Source of the DNA: Paracoccaceae bacterium
GTDB lineage: Bacteria > Pseudomonadota > Alphaproteobacteria > Rhodobacterales > Rhodobacteraceae
Reading direction: 5' to 3'
Length of the DNA stretch: 64,000 nucleotides
Assembly: GCA_039808285.1 (NCBI GenBank)
Contig: JBDHSQ010000003.1
Coordinates: 6,249-70,248, forward strand
Of the stretch, positions 39,818 through 48,744 are shown piece after piece (the stretch's first letter is position 1; each line of letters opens with the position of its first letter). The position numbers and the translations under genes were made by a program. The notes under the pieces are model-generated. The model ran no database searches and had not been told where the DNA came from. It worked only from the letters and a program-made list of their open reading frames with translations.

Positions 39818-40538
39818 GACCGAGGCGAGCCTGCTGGCCCGCCGCCTGGCACAGGACGGTGTCGACGCCGTCTTCTCTTATGCAGGGCGCACCGACGCGC
39901 CGGTGGCGCAGCCGCTGCCGACGCGGATCGGCGGCTTCGGCGGACCGGAGGGCCTTGCGCACTATCTGGCGGACCAGCGGATCAGCCATGTGGTCGATGC
40001 GACCCATCCCTTCGCGGCACGGATGAGCCGCAACGCGATCGTCGCCTGCGCGAAGGCAGCCGTGCCCCTCTGTGGCTTCGAGCGTGCGCCCTGGGCAAGC
40101 GGCCCGGGTGACGACTGGCGCCACGTTGCCGACCTTGCCGGCGCGGTCGCGGCGCTGCCCGAAAGGCCGGCGCGGGTGTTCCTCGCCATCGGCCGGCAGA
40201 ACCTTGATGCCTTCGCGGCAAAAGCGCAGCACCATTACCTGCTCAGGCTCGTCGATCCGCCGCAGGGGCCGCTGCCGCTGCCCGATACCACCGTCGTGAT
40301 CGCCCGCGGCCCCTTCACCGAACCGGCGGACCGGGAGCTTCTGGCCCGGCACCGTATCGGCCTCATCATCGCCAAGAATGCCGGCGGCACGGGCGCGCGG
40401 GCGAAGCTCGACGCCGCGCGGGCCCTGGGGATTCCGGTGATCCTGATCGGCCGGCCGGAGCTTCCGCCGCGACTCATCGCGCGGACGGTGGAGGAGGTGA
40501 TGGCCTTCCTCGCTCATCCGGCGGACCTCGGCGTGTAG
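39792..40538 (+). CDS. cobK: Precorrin-6A reductase
   Basis: ATG at 39792. MRVLLLGGTTEASLLARRLA...HVVDATHPFA...AKNAGGTG. 248 aa. It is the only plus-strand gene inside the cob core. Confidence 0.88.
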   Translation: MRVLLLGGTTEASLLARRLAQDGVDAVFSYAGRTDAPVAQPLPTRIGGFGGPEGLAHYLADQRISHVVDATHPFAARMSRNAIVACAKAAVPLCGFERAPWASGPGDDWRHVADLAGAVAALPERPARVFLAIGRQNLDAFAAKAQHHYLLRLVDPPQGPLPLPDTTVVIARGPFTEPADRELLARHRIGLIIAKNAGGTGARAKLDAARALGIPVILIGRPELPPRLIARTVEEVMAFLAHPADLGV

Positions 40539-41248
40539 ACGAAGCGCCCGACGCGGCGCGTGTCGGGGTTGCCGAGGATGACGACGGTGCGCATGTCGGC
40601 CATGTCTGGCTCCGCTTCCGCCAGGGGCACGGTCGTCAACCTCTCGTCCGGCGTCGTGACGGCGCGCGCGAAGGAGATGAGGCGCCCGCCCCCGCATTCC
40701 TCTCGCAACACCTCCAGCGCGCGGGCGAACTGGTGCGGCCGGCTGCGCGAGCGGGGGTTGTAGAAGGCCATCGCAAAGCCCGCCCGGGCGGCCAGCCGCA
40801 GCCGGTTTTCAATCAGCTCCCACGGCTTGAGGTTGTCGGACAGGTTGATCGCGCAGAAGTCGTGGCCGAGCGGGGCGCCCAGGCGGGCGGCGGCGGCAAG
40901 CATGGCGGTGATGCCCGGCAGGACGCGAATCTCGAACGCATCCGGGTCGGGGCGTTTCTCCAGCGCCTCGAACACGGCGGCCGCCATTGCGAACACGCCC
41001 GGATCGCCGGACGAGACGACGACGACCTGACGTCCCGCCGCCGCCATGTCGAGCGCGTGGCTGGCACGGTCGATCTCCACGCGATTGTCGGACGGGTGAA
41101 GCGTCAGCCCCGCGCGCACGGCGACGCGGGCGACATAAGGTATATAGCCGACGATGTCGGTGGCCGCGGCCAGCGCCGCGCGCACCTCGTCGGTCACAAG
41201 CCGCTCGTCCCCAGGACCGAGGCCGGCGATGGTTACCCGCCCCGTCAC
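40514..41248 (-). CDS. cobJ: Precorrin-3B C17-methyltransferase
   Basis: The GTG at 41248 overlaps the cobI stop (GTGA). VTIAGLGPGDERLVT, VVSSGDPGVFAMA and LPGITAMLAAAA. Confidence 0.85.
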   Translation of the reverse strand: MTGRVTIAGLGPGDERLVTDEVRAALAAATDIVGYIPYVARVAVRAGLTLHPSDNRVEIDRASHALDMAAAGRQVVVVSSGDPGVFAMAAAVFEALEKRPDPDAFEIRVLPGITAMLAAAARLGAPLGHDFCAINLSDNLKPWELIENRLRLAARAGFAMAFYNPRSRSRPHQFARALEVLREECGGGRLISFARAVTTPDERLTTVPLAEAEPDMADMRTVVILGNPDTRRVGRFVYTPRSAG

Positions 41249-41967
41249 GGCCGCCGCCCCTGGCCGTGCACCACGGCGATCGAGAAATAGGGCACCCTGG
41301 AAGGCGCTTCGGCCAGCCGGTGCACGCGCTGGTCCGGCATCGTCCCGTGCTCGACAAGCCATGCGGAGTCGAGCCGCCCTGCGGCGGTCAAAGCGCGCTT
41401 CAGCTTTTCCAGATTGCGCCCGATCTTCATCACCACCAGGGCGTCGGTGTCACGGATGCGGCGGACCAACTCCTCTTCGGGCATCGTCGCGGTCACGATG
41501 GTCAGGACATCGTCCCCCCAGGTGATCGGCTCGCCAGTGGCGGTCCAACAGCCGGACATTCCGGTGATCCCGGGCACCACCTCGACCTGGCACCGTTTCC
41601 TGAGGCGGACATAGAGGTGCATGAAACTGCCGTAGAAGAAGGGGTCGCCCTCGCACAGAACCAGAATCTCCTCGGTCTCGGCGAGTCTGGCCAGCCTTTC
41701 CGCCCAGGTCTCGTAGAACGCCGCCATCACGCGGTTGTATTCCGGGTCGATGAACGGAATTTCCGTCGTGACCGGGTATTCCATCGGATACTCGATCGCA
41801 TGGGGGTTCAGCATCCCTGCGACGATCTTTCGGGCCTGGCCCTCATACCCAGACTTGCGGAAGTAGGCGACATGGGCGGTGGATCGGACCAGACGGTCGG
41901 CCCTGACGCTCATCAATTCCGGATCGCCGGGGCCGAGGCCCGCACAGATGACCCTTCCCATCGTCAT
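41245..41967 (-). CDS. cobI: Precorrin-2 C20-methyltransferase
   Basis: The ATG at 41967 overlaps the cobH stop (ATGA). GRVICAGLGPGDPELMSVRA, LCEGDPFFYGSF and VPGITGMSG. Confidence 0.88.
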   Translation of the reverse strand: MTMGRVICAGLGPGDPELMSVRADRLVRSTAHVAYFRKSGYEGQARKIVAGMLNPHAIEYPMEYPVTTEIPFIDPEYNRVMAAFYETWAERLARLAETEEILVLCEGDPFFYGSFMHLYVRLRKRCQVEVVPGITGMSGCWTATGEPITWGDDVLTIVTATMPEEELVRRIRDTDALVVMKIGRNLEKLKRALTAAGRLDSAWLVEHGTMPDQRVHRLAEAPSRVPYFSIAVVHGQGRRP

Positions 41968-42593
41968 TCCTTCCGGCTTGCAAGCGCATTGACCGCCGCG
42001 ACCGTGATGGCCGAACCGCCGAGCCGCCCCTTCACGATGAGCGACGGCGCCCGCAGATCGGCCATGAGCGCGTCTTTCGACTCCGCCGCGCCGACGAATC
42101 CGACCGGGCAGCCGATGATGGCAGCGGGGCGCGGGCAGGCGGGATCCTCGAGCATGTTGAGAAGATGGAAAAGCGCCGTAGGCGCATTGCCGATGGCGAC
42201 CACGGCGCCGGAGAGATGCGGCCGCCAAAGCTCCAGCGCCGCCGCAGACCGGGTGTTGGCCATCGCCTTCGCCAGGTCGGGCACACGCGGGTCGTGCAGG
42301 GTGCAGATCACCTCGTTGTTCGCCGGCAGCCGTGCCCGGGTAATCCCCTCGCTGACCATCCGCGCATCGCAGAGGATCGGCGCGCCGGCCTCCAGCGCGG
42401 CCCGGGCAGCGATCGCCATGCCGGGCGAGAAGCGCACGTCGCGTTCCAGCCCGACCATCCCGGCGGCGTGGATCATGCGGACGACGACGACCTCCTCCTC
42501 CGGCGTGAAGCGGGAAAGGTCGGCCTCGGCCCGGATCATGGCGAAGCTCTCGGCGTAGATCGCCGCGCCGTCGGTTTCATAGATGTGGGGCAT
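41964..42593 (-). CDS. cobH: Precorrin-8X methylmutase
   Basis: 209 aa with YETDGAAIYAESFAMIRAEADL, VVRMIHAAGM and IGNAPTALFHLL. Confidence 0.92.
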   Translation of the reverse strand: MPHIYETDGAAIYAESFAMIRAEADLSRFTPEEEVVVVRMIHAAGMVGLERDVRFSPGMAIAARAALEAGAPILCDARMVSEGITRARLPANNEVICTLHDPRVPDLAKAMANTRSAAALELWRPHLSGAVVAIGNAPTALFHLLNMLEDPACPRPAAIIGCPVGFVGAAESKDALMADLRAPSLIVKGRLGGSAITVAAVNALASRKE

Positions 42594-43749
42594 GGGCGGT
42601 CTCGGTCAGGTCTTCCGGGGTGAGGGTGGCGGGGTCGAGCCCCGGGAGATGTGGCGCATCGCGGCAGGTGCCGTCGCGGATGAATGCGACCTTCCCGTCC
42701 GGCTGGCCGACCAGGGTGAAGGTCGCGGCCCCTGGGTGGGCGCAACCCTTGGCGCAGCCGGAAACATGCAGGCTTTCGGAGGGGCGCAACGCGGCGCCAA
42801 GGCGCCGGGCAAGCTTGCGCGTCTCGATCAGCGCCTGCGGGCAACCGGGCGCGCCGGTGCAGGCGGAGGTCCGCAGCAGCGGGCTTTGCGGGTCGGTCAC
42901 CAGCCCGGAAAGCGGCGGAACCCCGGCCGCGCCCTCAACCAGCACCATCCGCCAGGGGGTGAGCCGGATCGGGCCGGTTTCCGCCAGAACAGACAATGTT
43001 TCCGCCTCGATCTGGCCGAAGGCGAAGGCGGCGAGGAAACCGCTGGCCGTGGCCCCGGGGCACGGTGCGGAGCCGCGGGCGGGCGGCACGGGAACCGTCC
43101 GGAACGCTTCCGGCAGGACCGCGCCGGCTGCCAGATGCGCCGCCATCCGCCCCCTGCCCTCCGGCGCACCGCCCGAGGCGAGGAACCAGCGCGCGAGGTC
43201 GAGCGCGAGCGGGACCGCCGTCGCCGCCGTCGCGCACGCGGCCGTCAGGGCACCGTCCGCCCGGACGGTCAGGCCGTCGCCCAGGCGTTCGATGCGGATG
43301 TCGGCCGACGCCTCGGCGAGGACCGGCTCCGCGCCGCAATCGACGGCATAGCCGAACTTCGCCGGCGGAGCGGGGGCATCGTCGGCAGCAAGCGCAGTCT
43401 CCAGCGCGGCGGCAACGGTCACGGTGGCATCGCCCCCGGCCCAGAAAGGGGCGACGATGATGTTGCGGCGGGTCTCTGCGGCAATGCTGTCGTCGATGAG
43501 ACCGAGCGCGCGCAGCCCCTCGATCAGCGCCGGATGGCCCGCCTCCGCCACACCGCGGATTTGCAGGTTCGCGCGGGCGGACAGGTCGATCAACCCGTTG
43601 CCGTGCCGCGCGGCAAGGTCGGCGATTCCCGCCGCCTGCGCCTGCGTCAGCCGCCCCAGCCGCGGCCGCACCCGCACGACGAGCCCGTCGCCCGACCGCA
43701 TCGGGCGGAGCGCGCCGGGACACCAGCCCTGGACCACGGGCGCGCTCAT
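42577..43749 (-). CDS. cobG: Precorrin-3B synthase (O2-dependent, aerobic pathway)
   Basis: 390 aa. The N-terminus VQGWCPGALRPMRSGDGLVVRVRP and the sulfite/nitrite-reductase-like ferredoxin half with Cys motifs (CTGAPGCPQA, VSGCAKGC). Confidence 0.85.
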   Translation of the reverse strand: MSAPVVQGWCPGALRPMRSGDGLVVRVRPRLGRLTQAQAAGIADLAARHGNGLIDLSARANLQIRGVAEAGHPALIEGLRALGLIDDSIAAETRRNIIVAPFWAGGDATVTVAAALETALAADDAPAPPAKFGYAVDCGAEPVLAEASADIRIERLGDGLTVRADGALTAACATAATAVPLALDLARWFLASGGAPEGRGRMAAHLAAGAVLPEAFRTVPVPPARGSAPCPGATASGFLAAFAFGQIEAETLSVLAETGPIRLTPWRMVLVEGAAGVPPLSGLVTDPQSPLLRTSACTGAPGCPQALIETRKLARRLGAALRPSESLHVSGCAKGCAHPGAATFTLVGQPDGKVAFIRDGTCRDAPHLPGLDPATLTPEDLTETAHAPHL

Positions 43750-46700
43750 CGCCCCGCCTCCATCGCCACCGAATTCCGGCGCGTGACCCAGAGCCCGGCA
43801 TCGCGCAATGCGGCGAAGCGGTCGCGCAAAGCCTGAAGCGCGGCGGGATTCTCGCGCTCCATGAAGGCGACCAGATCGGCGCGGCCGAGCGTCGCCTCGT
43901 GATAGAGGTCGAAGAGATGCGCCGGCACCGCGCGGGCAAGATGGGCGAAGGCCGCCATGTGGTCGAGCGTCGCCGCGATCTCGGCCGCGCCCCGGAAGCC
44001 GTGGCGCATCATGCCGTCGGCCCAGGCTGGGTTGGCGGCGCGGGCGCGCACCACCCGGGCGATCTCTTCCGGCAGCGTGCGGGCACGCGGATCGTCGGGG
44101 CGCGTCGCATCGAGATGATAGAGCACCGGCACATCGCCACCGAGGCGGGCGACCGCGGCGGCGAAGCCGCCCTCATGCGCTGCATAGTCGGAGGCCAGAA
44201 GCAGATCGGTCTCCGCCAGATCCTGCACATGGACGAAGCCGTCCGCCGCCTTCACCTGCGCCTCCAGCGCCTCACGGGCGGGATGCGCGGCGCCGGCCGC
44301 GTCGATCGCCCAGGCGGAGCCGGAAAGCCAGGCTTCGCCCGCCGCTGCCCGGCCGGACGGCCCGTAGTCCTCGACCGCCTCGCCCATCGCCAGGCCGTAG
44401 AGTCCCGGCTTCGGGCCGAAGACCCGCGGTGTGACGCGCAGATAGGGATTGTCCTCAGGTGATTCCTCGCGGCCGGCAAGGGCCGCGACCGCGGAGTCGA
44501 AAAGCTGCGCGAGGCCTGGAAAAACGTCCCTGAACAGGCCGGAAACGCGCAAGGTGACGTCGATCCGCGGGCGGCGCAAGAGGGCGAGCGGGATCACCTC
44601 GAAGCCCGAGACCCGCTCCGACCCCTCGTCCCATTTCGGCGCCAGCCCGGCGAGGTGCAGCGCCATCGCGAATTCCTCGCCGGCGGTGCGCATCGTTGCC
44701 GAGCCCCAGAGGTCGACGACCAGCGACCGGGGCCAGTCGCCGTGATCCTGAAGGTGCCGGCGCAGAAGCTCCTCGGCCAGCTTGACGCCCTGCGCATGGG
44801 CCGCGCGCGTGGGCACGGCGCGGGGATCGGTGGTGAAGAGGTTGCGCCCGGTCGGCAGCACGTCCGACCGCCCGCGAAAGGGGGAACCGGAGGGCCCGGC
44901 CTCGACCCGTTGCCCGTTCAGCGCGGCAAGAAGCCCGGCCCGTTCCTCCGCCCCGCACTGGCCGGTGCCGAAGACATGCAGGCCGTCGCCGAACTGGCTT
45001 TCCTTGATGTCGCAGACGAAGCGGTCGATCCGGGTGATGGCTTCGGCCGGCGAGGCATCCTCGGGCAGGCCCAGATCCTCCTCCACCCCCCGCCCGCGCG
45101 CCTCGTCGCGGATCGCGGCGATCAGCCGGTCGCGGCGGGCGGGATCGAGCCCGTCGGCGGTGGAATATTCGTCGAGCAGCCGTTCCAGCCGCGACAGCGG
45201 TTCCGGCACCGCACTTGCTGCGAGCGGCGGCGGCAGGTGGCCGATGGTCACCGCGCCGATCCTTCGCTTGGCCTGCGCCGCCTCGCCGGGATCGTTGACG
45301 ATGAACGGGTAGATCACCGGCAGACCGGCGGTCAGCGCCTCGGGCCAGCAGGCATCGGAGAGCGCCACCGACTTGCCGGGCAGCCATTCCAGCGTGCCAT
45401 GCGCGCCGATGTGGACCAGCGCGTCGATCCGCTGTGCCCTGAGCCACAGGTAGAAGGCCACATAGCCGTGCCGCGGCGTGCGGGCGAGGTCATGATAGTC
45501 GTCGGCCCGGGCCTTCACCTCGCCGCGTTCGGGCTGGAGCGCGATGATGACCCTGCCGCGCCGGAGCGCATGGAAGCGGAAATGGCCGCCTCGTACCGCC
45601 GGGTCGGCCTCCGGCTCACCCCAGGCGGCGAAGAGCGCGTCGCGGAGCGGCTCCGGCAGGGAGGAAATCGTGTCTCTATAGGCCGAAACCGGCCAGTCCA
45701 GCGTTTCGGCGGAAAGGGCGGGGCCAAGGCCGTCGCCCGCGCCTTCCGCCCCGACAAGTCCGCAGATCGCCCCGGCCGAGGCGAGCGCATCGAGCCCGAC
45801 GGCATGGGCGAGCTGCCAGCCCTTGCCCGGGTAGGTGGAGAGGATCAGCGCCACGTTGCGCGTCTCCGCCGGCGTGGCAGCCAGCCGGTGCCAGCCCGCG
45901 ACCCGGTCGGCGATCGCCGCGATGCGGCCCGGGTCGGCGCGGTGGGCGAAACGGGCATATTGCAGGTCGGGATCGCGGCGGCCGGGGCTCTTGAAACTGG
46001 CGACGCCGGCGAAGACGCGGCCGTCCACCTCGGGCAGGACGACATGCATGGCAAGGTCGGCCGGCGAAAGGCCCCGGTCGGAGGCGGCCCAGTCCGTCCG
46101 GCGCGCCGTCGACAGCGCCACCTGGAAGACCGGGCAGCCCGGCACGTCGAGCGGCGAGGGCGCGCCGTCGGACCCTTTCGCCGAGAAGGCGGTGGCGTTG
46201 ACGATGGCCGCAGGCGTAAGCCGGGCGAGATCCGTCCTCAGCCAGTCCGCCGCAGCGGCATCCTTGAGACTCGCGGCAAAGGCGCCGACGGCGGCGAAGC
46301 CGCGCGCCTCCAGCGCCCCGATCAGCCCGTCCACCGGATCGGTATCGGCCGCGGTGAGGTAGGAGCGATAGAAGGTGACGACGGCGAGTGGCCGGGCCCC
46401 GGGCTCGGGCGCGGGAACGACGCCGCGGCCCGGAAGATACCAGCCGAAGGCCGGGACCGTCTTTTCCCCCGCCACCGGCCCGGCATAAAGCCCGGCCGCC
46501 AGCGAAAGCTGCTGGAGCGCGGCCTGCGCCGCCACTGCCCCGCCCGCATCGCAGAGCGTCTGGAGCCGGCGCAGGGTCGAAACCGGCAGCGTGGACAGAG
46601 CATCGAGCCGTGCATCCTCGCGCCCGTCGGCGGGCAGGACGGCCAACGCGATCCCGTTGCGGCGGGCCAGATCCTGGACCTGCGCCAGACCATATGGCCA

Positions 46701-46976
46701 GTAGCTCTCGCCGCCGATCAGTCGGATCAGGATGCCCTTCGCCCCCGACAGGGTGCGTTCGACATAGGTGTCGACCGACAGCGGATGGCGCAGCGCCACC
46801 AGATTCGCCAGCCGCAGGGACGGCAGCGCCTCCCTGCCGCGATGCCATCCTGCCGCGAAGGCGCCGAGATCGCTGTCGGAAAAGGACAGCACCACCAGAT
46901 CGGCCGGGGTCTGGCCGAGGTCGGTGGGCGTGTCGGTTTCCTCCAGCCCGTGGCTTTCGCGGAAGATGACGTGCAT
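43746..46976 (-). CDS. cobN: Cobaltochelatase large subunit CobN
   Basis: 1076 aa with CobN/Mg-chelatase H-family similarity along its length. It sits after cobW and has an ATGA overlap with cobG. Confidence 0.9.
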   Translation of the reverse strand: MHVIFRESHGLEETDTPTDLGQTPADLVVLSFSDSDLGAFAAGWHRGREALPSLRLANLVALRHPLSVDTYVERTLSGAKGILIRLIGGESYWPYGLAQVQDLARRNGIALAVLPADGREDARLDALSTLPVSTLRRLQTLCDAGGAVAAQAALQQLSLAAGLYAGPVAGEKTVPAFGWYLPGRGVVPAPEPGARPLAVVTFYRSYLTAADTDPVDGLIGALEARGFAAVGAFAASLKDAAAADWLRTDLARLTPAAIVNATAFSAKGSDGAPSPLDVPGCPVFQVALSTARRTDWAASDRGLSPADLAMHVVLPEVDGRVFAGVASFKSPGRRDPDLQYARFAHRADPGRIAAIADRVAGWHRLAATPAETRNVALILSTYPGKGWQLAHAVGLDALASAGAICGLVGAEGAGDGLGPALSAETLDWPVSAYRDTISSLPEPLRDALFAAWGEPEADPAVRGGHFRFHALRRGRVIIALQPERGEVKARADDYHDLARTPRHGYVAFYLWLRAQRIDALVHIGAHGTLEWLPGKSVALSDACWPEALTAGLPVIYPFIVNDPGEAAQAKRRIGAVTIGHLPPPLAASAVPEPLSRLERLLDEYSTADGLDPARRDRLIAAIRDEARGRGVEEDLGLPEDASPAEAITRIDRFVCDIKESQFGDGLHVFGTGQCGAEERAGLLAALNGQRVEAGPSGSPFRGRSDVLPTGRNLFTTDPRAVPTRAAHAQGVKLAEELLRRHLQDHGDWPRSLVVDLWGSATMRTAGEEFAMALHLAGLAPKWDEGSERVSGFEVIPLALLRRPRIDVTLRVSGLFRDVFPGLAQLFDSAVAALAGREESPEDNPYLRVTPRVFGPKPGLYGLAMGEAVEDYGPSGRAAAGEAWLSGSAWAIDAAGAAHPAREALEAQVKAADGFVHVQDLAETDLLLASDYAAHEGGFAAAVARLGGDVPVLYHLDATRPDDPRARTLPEEIARVVRARAANPAWADGMMRHGFRGAAEIAATLDHMAAFAHLARAVPAHLFDLYHEATLGRADLVAFMERENPAALQALRDRFAALRDAGLWVTRRNSVAMEAGR

Positions 46977-46985
46977 GGCCGGGCC

Positions 46986-48035
46986 TCAGGCCTCCTGCGC
47001 CGCGGGAGCAAGAACGGCGCGGATCGCCGCAGGATCGACATTGTGGTGTTCGGCGATGACGACGAGCCGCGTCGCCCGCGGGTTGTCGCCCCAGGGCCGG
47101 TCGAACTGCGCCCGCACCCGCTCCCCCACCGCCTGCACGAGCATCCGCATCGGCTTGCCGCGGACCGCGACATAGCCCTTGACGCGCAGGATGTCCTGCT
47201 CCCGCGCAAGGCGGGCGATCGCATCGGTCAGCGCCTCGGGGTCGGCCACCTCGGGCAGGTCCATCACGATGGTATCGAAATCGTCATGCTCGTGGTCGTC
47301 GGCACCGTCATGATGCGACGGACGGGAGTGAAGATCGTCCTCGGCGGCGGCATTGAGGCCGAGGACCAGCCGCGGGTCGATGCGGCCGTCCTCCACCGCC
47401 AGGATCGGCAGCCTGCGCGGCGCCTCGGCCTCGATTACCGCGCGCGCCGCCGCGAGCGACGCCGCGTCGGCCAGGTCGGCCTTGGTCAGGAGAACGATGT
47501 CGGCGCAGGCGATCTGGTCCTCGAAGACCTCCGAGAGCGGCGTTTCATGGTCGATGCTGCCGTCGGCCACGCGCTGGGCCTCGACAGCTTCCACGTCCGG
47601 GGCGAAGCGACCTGCCGCCACCGCCTCGGCGTCGGCCAGGGCGACGACACCGTCGACGGTGATCCGCGAGCGGATCGCCGGCCAGTCGAAGGCCTTCAGC
47701 AGCGGCTTCGGCAGGGCGAGGCCGGAGGTCTCGATGAGGATGTGATCGGGCCGCCGCGGCAGCGCCATCAGCGCCTCGATCGTCGGGATGAAGTCGTCGG
47801 CGACGGTGCAGCATATGCAGCCGTTGGCAAGCTCGACGATGTTCTCCTCGGGGCAATTCTCGTCGGCGCAGGACTTGAGGATCTCGCCATCCACGCCGAC
47901 GCTGCCGAATTCGTTGACCAGGACCGCAAGCCGCCGTCCCTGCGGGTTCTGCATCAGGTGGCGGATCAGCGTCGTCTTGCCGGAACCGAGAAAGCCGGTG
48001 ATGACGGTGACGGGGATCTTGCTCAGCGGGTCCAT
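46986..48035 (-). CDS. cobW: CobW GTPase metallochaperone (COG0523)
   Basis: ITGFLGSGKTTLIRHL P-loop, the CICCTV metal motif and the His/Asp-rich stretch HSRPSHHDGADDHEHDDFD. Confidence 0.92.
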   Translation of the reverse strand: MDPLSKIPVTVITGFLGSGKTTLIRHLMQNPQGRRLAVLVNEFGSVGVDGEILKSCADENCPEENIVELANGCICCTVADDFIPTIEALMALPRRPDHILIETSGLALPKPLLKAFDWPAIRSRITVDGVVALADAEAVAAGRFAPDVEAVEAQRVADGSIDHETPLSEVFEDQIACADIVLLTKADLADAASLAAARAVIEAEAPRRLPILAVEDGRIDPRLVLGLNAAAEDDLHSRPSHHDGADDHEHDDFDTIVMDLPEVADPEALTDAIARLAREQDILRVKGYVAVRGKPMRMLVQAVGERVRAQFDRPWGDNPRATRLVVIAEHHNVDPAAIRAVLAPAAQEA

Positions 48036-48398
48036 TCAGCTCTCCATCGGCGGGATGCGGGCAAGCGACTGCCTGCGGAAGATCACGGGGCGCTCGCGCC
48101 AGGGCACGAGACCGTCTTTCGTGGCGGCATAGGCGGCCGCACCGGCGAGGATGTCGGCCACGTCCGCATCCGGGTCCATGCCACGATAGACATAGGACCA
48201 GCGGCCGGGGCCCGACAGGGCGATGTTGCAGCCGTGGTCGCAGGCCGAAAGACACTCCACCGGCATGATCCGCACGCCCCGGGGTGCCCCTGCCGCCGCG
48301 AGCGCGGCCAGAAGCCGGGCCCCCGGTGGCGCCGCGCCCTCGGGCAGGGGCCGCCCCATCTTGCAGGTCGTGCAGACATGCAGCGTCACCGTCACCAC
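48036..48398 (-). CDS. DUF1636-like four-Cys (thioredoxin-like/ferredoxin-like) protein, copy A
   Basis: GTG at 48398 with GGAAGGA 6 nt upstream. 120 aa with VCTTC...ECLSACDHGC and a C-terminal ARIP. Its stop abuts the cobW ATG (TGAATG). Confidence 0.78.
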   Translation of the reverse strand: MVTVTLHVCTTCKMGRPLPEGAAPPGARLLAALAAAGAPRGVRIMPVECLSACDHGCNIALSGPGRWSYVYRGMDPDADVADILAGAAAYAATKDGLVPWRERPVIFRRQSLARIPPMES

Positions 48399-48494
48399 GG
48401 CAGTCCTTCCAACCAGGGGTCAGGGGGCGCCCGCGGGGACCGTGGCCTCGGTCCCGAGCCGGTTGCGGAACCCCCCGTCCGCCGTCACGTTTGC

Positions 48495-48695
48495 GCGCTG
48501 GCAGGTCTCCCGGCTCGCGGATGTCGGGGCGGTCTCGCCCCGGCGGCCCTCCCGCCTTCCCGGCTCTCGCCAGTGGCCTTGGGGAACCTCTCCGGTCACG
48601 GTCGCGGGGGCGGCTGCGCTTCGGCGATGGGCCCCGATGGGTCGCAAAGCCTGTCGCATTCCCTCTTCGCCTGTCCTAAGACAGGAACCAGCGCC
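48495..48695 (-). promoter_or_regulatory. Cobalamin (AdoCbl) riboswitch upstream of DUF1636-cobW-cobN
   Basis: Conserved blocks on the minus strand: AGAGGGAA (48659-48666), CCCCCGCGACCGTGAC (48595-48610), GCCACTG (48571-48577), GGGAAGGC (48554-48561) and B12-box AGCCGGGAGACCTGCC (48500-48515). P1 pairs GCGCTGG with CCAGCGC. Confidence 0.9.
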
Positions 48696-48723
48696 GCCTC
48701 ACCTGAGGCATGTGCCACCCCCT

Positions 48724-48729
48724 TGTCAA
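48724..48729 (-). promoter_or_regulatory. Candidate -35 box (TTGACA) for the riboswitch-DUF1636-cobW transcript
   Basis: cTTGACA-N17-TCAGGT would place the transcription start a few nt before riboswitch P1. It lies 16 nt from the cobO ATG on the other strand. Confidence 0.3.
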
Positions 48730-48744
48730 GCGATGGAAGGGACC

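Noticed and set aside
43746-46976. CobN appears shorter (1076 aa) than the ~1.2-1.3 kaa I vaguely recall for the Pseudomonas denitrificans enzyme.
   Set aside because: The N- and C-termini look intact and the ORF is uninterrupted. My recollection of reference lengths is not reliable enough, and CobN length varies between lineages.
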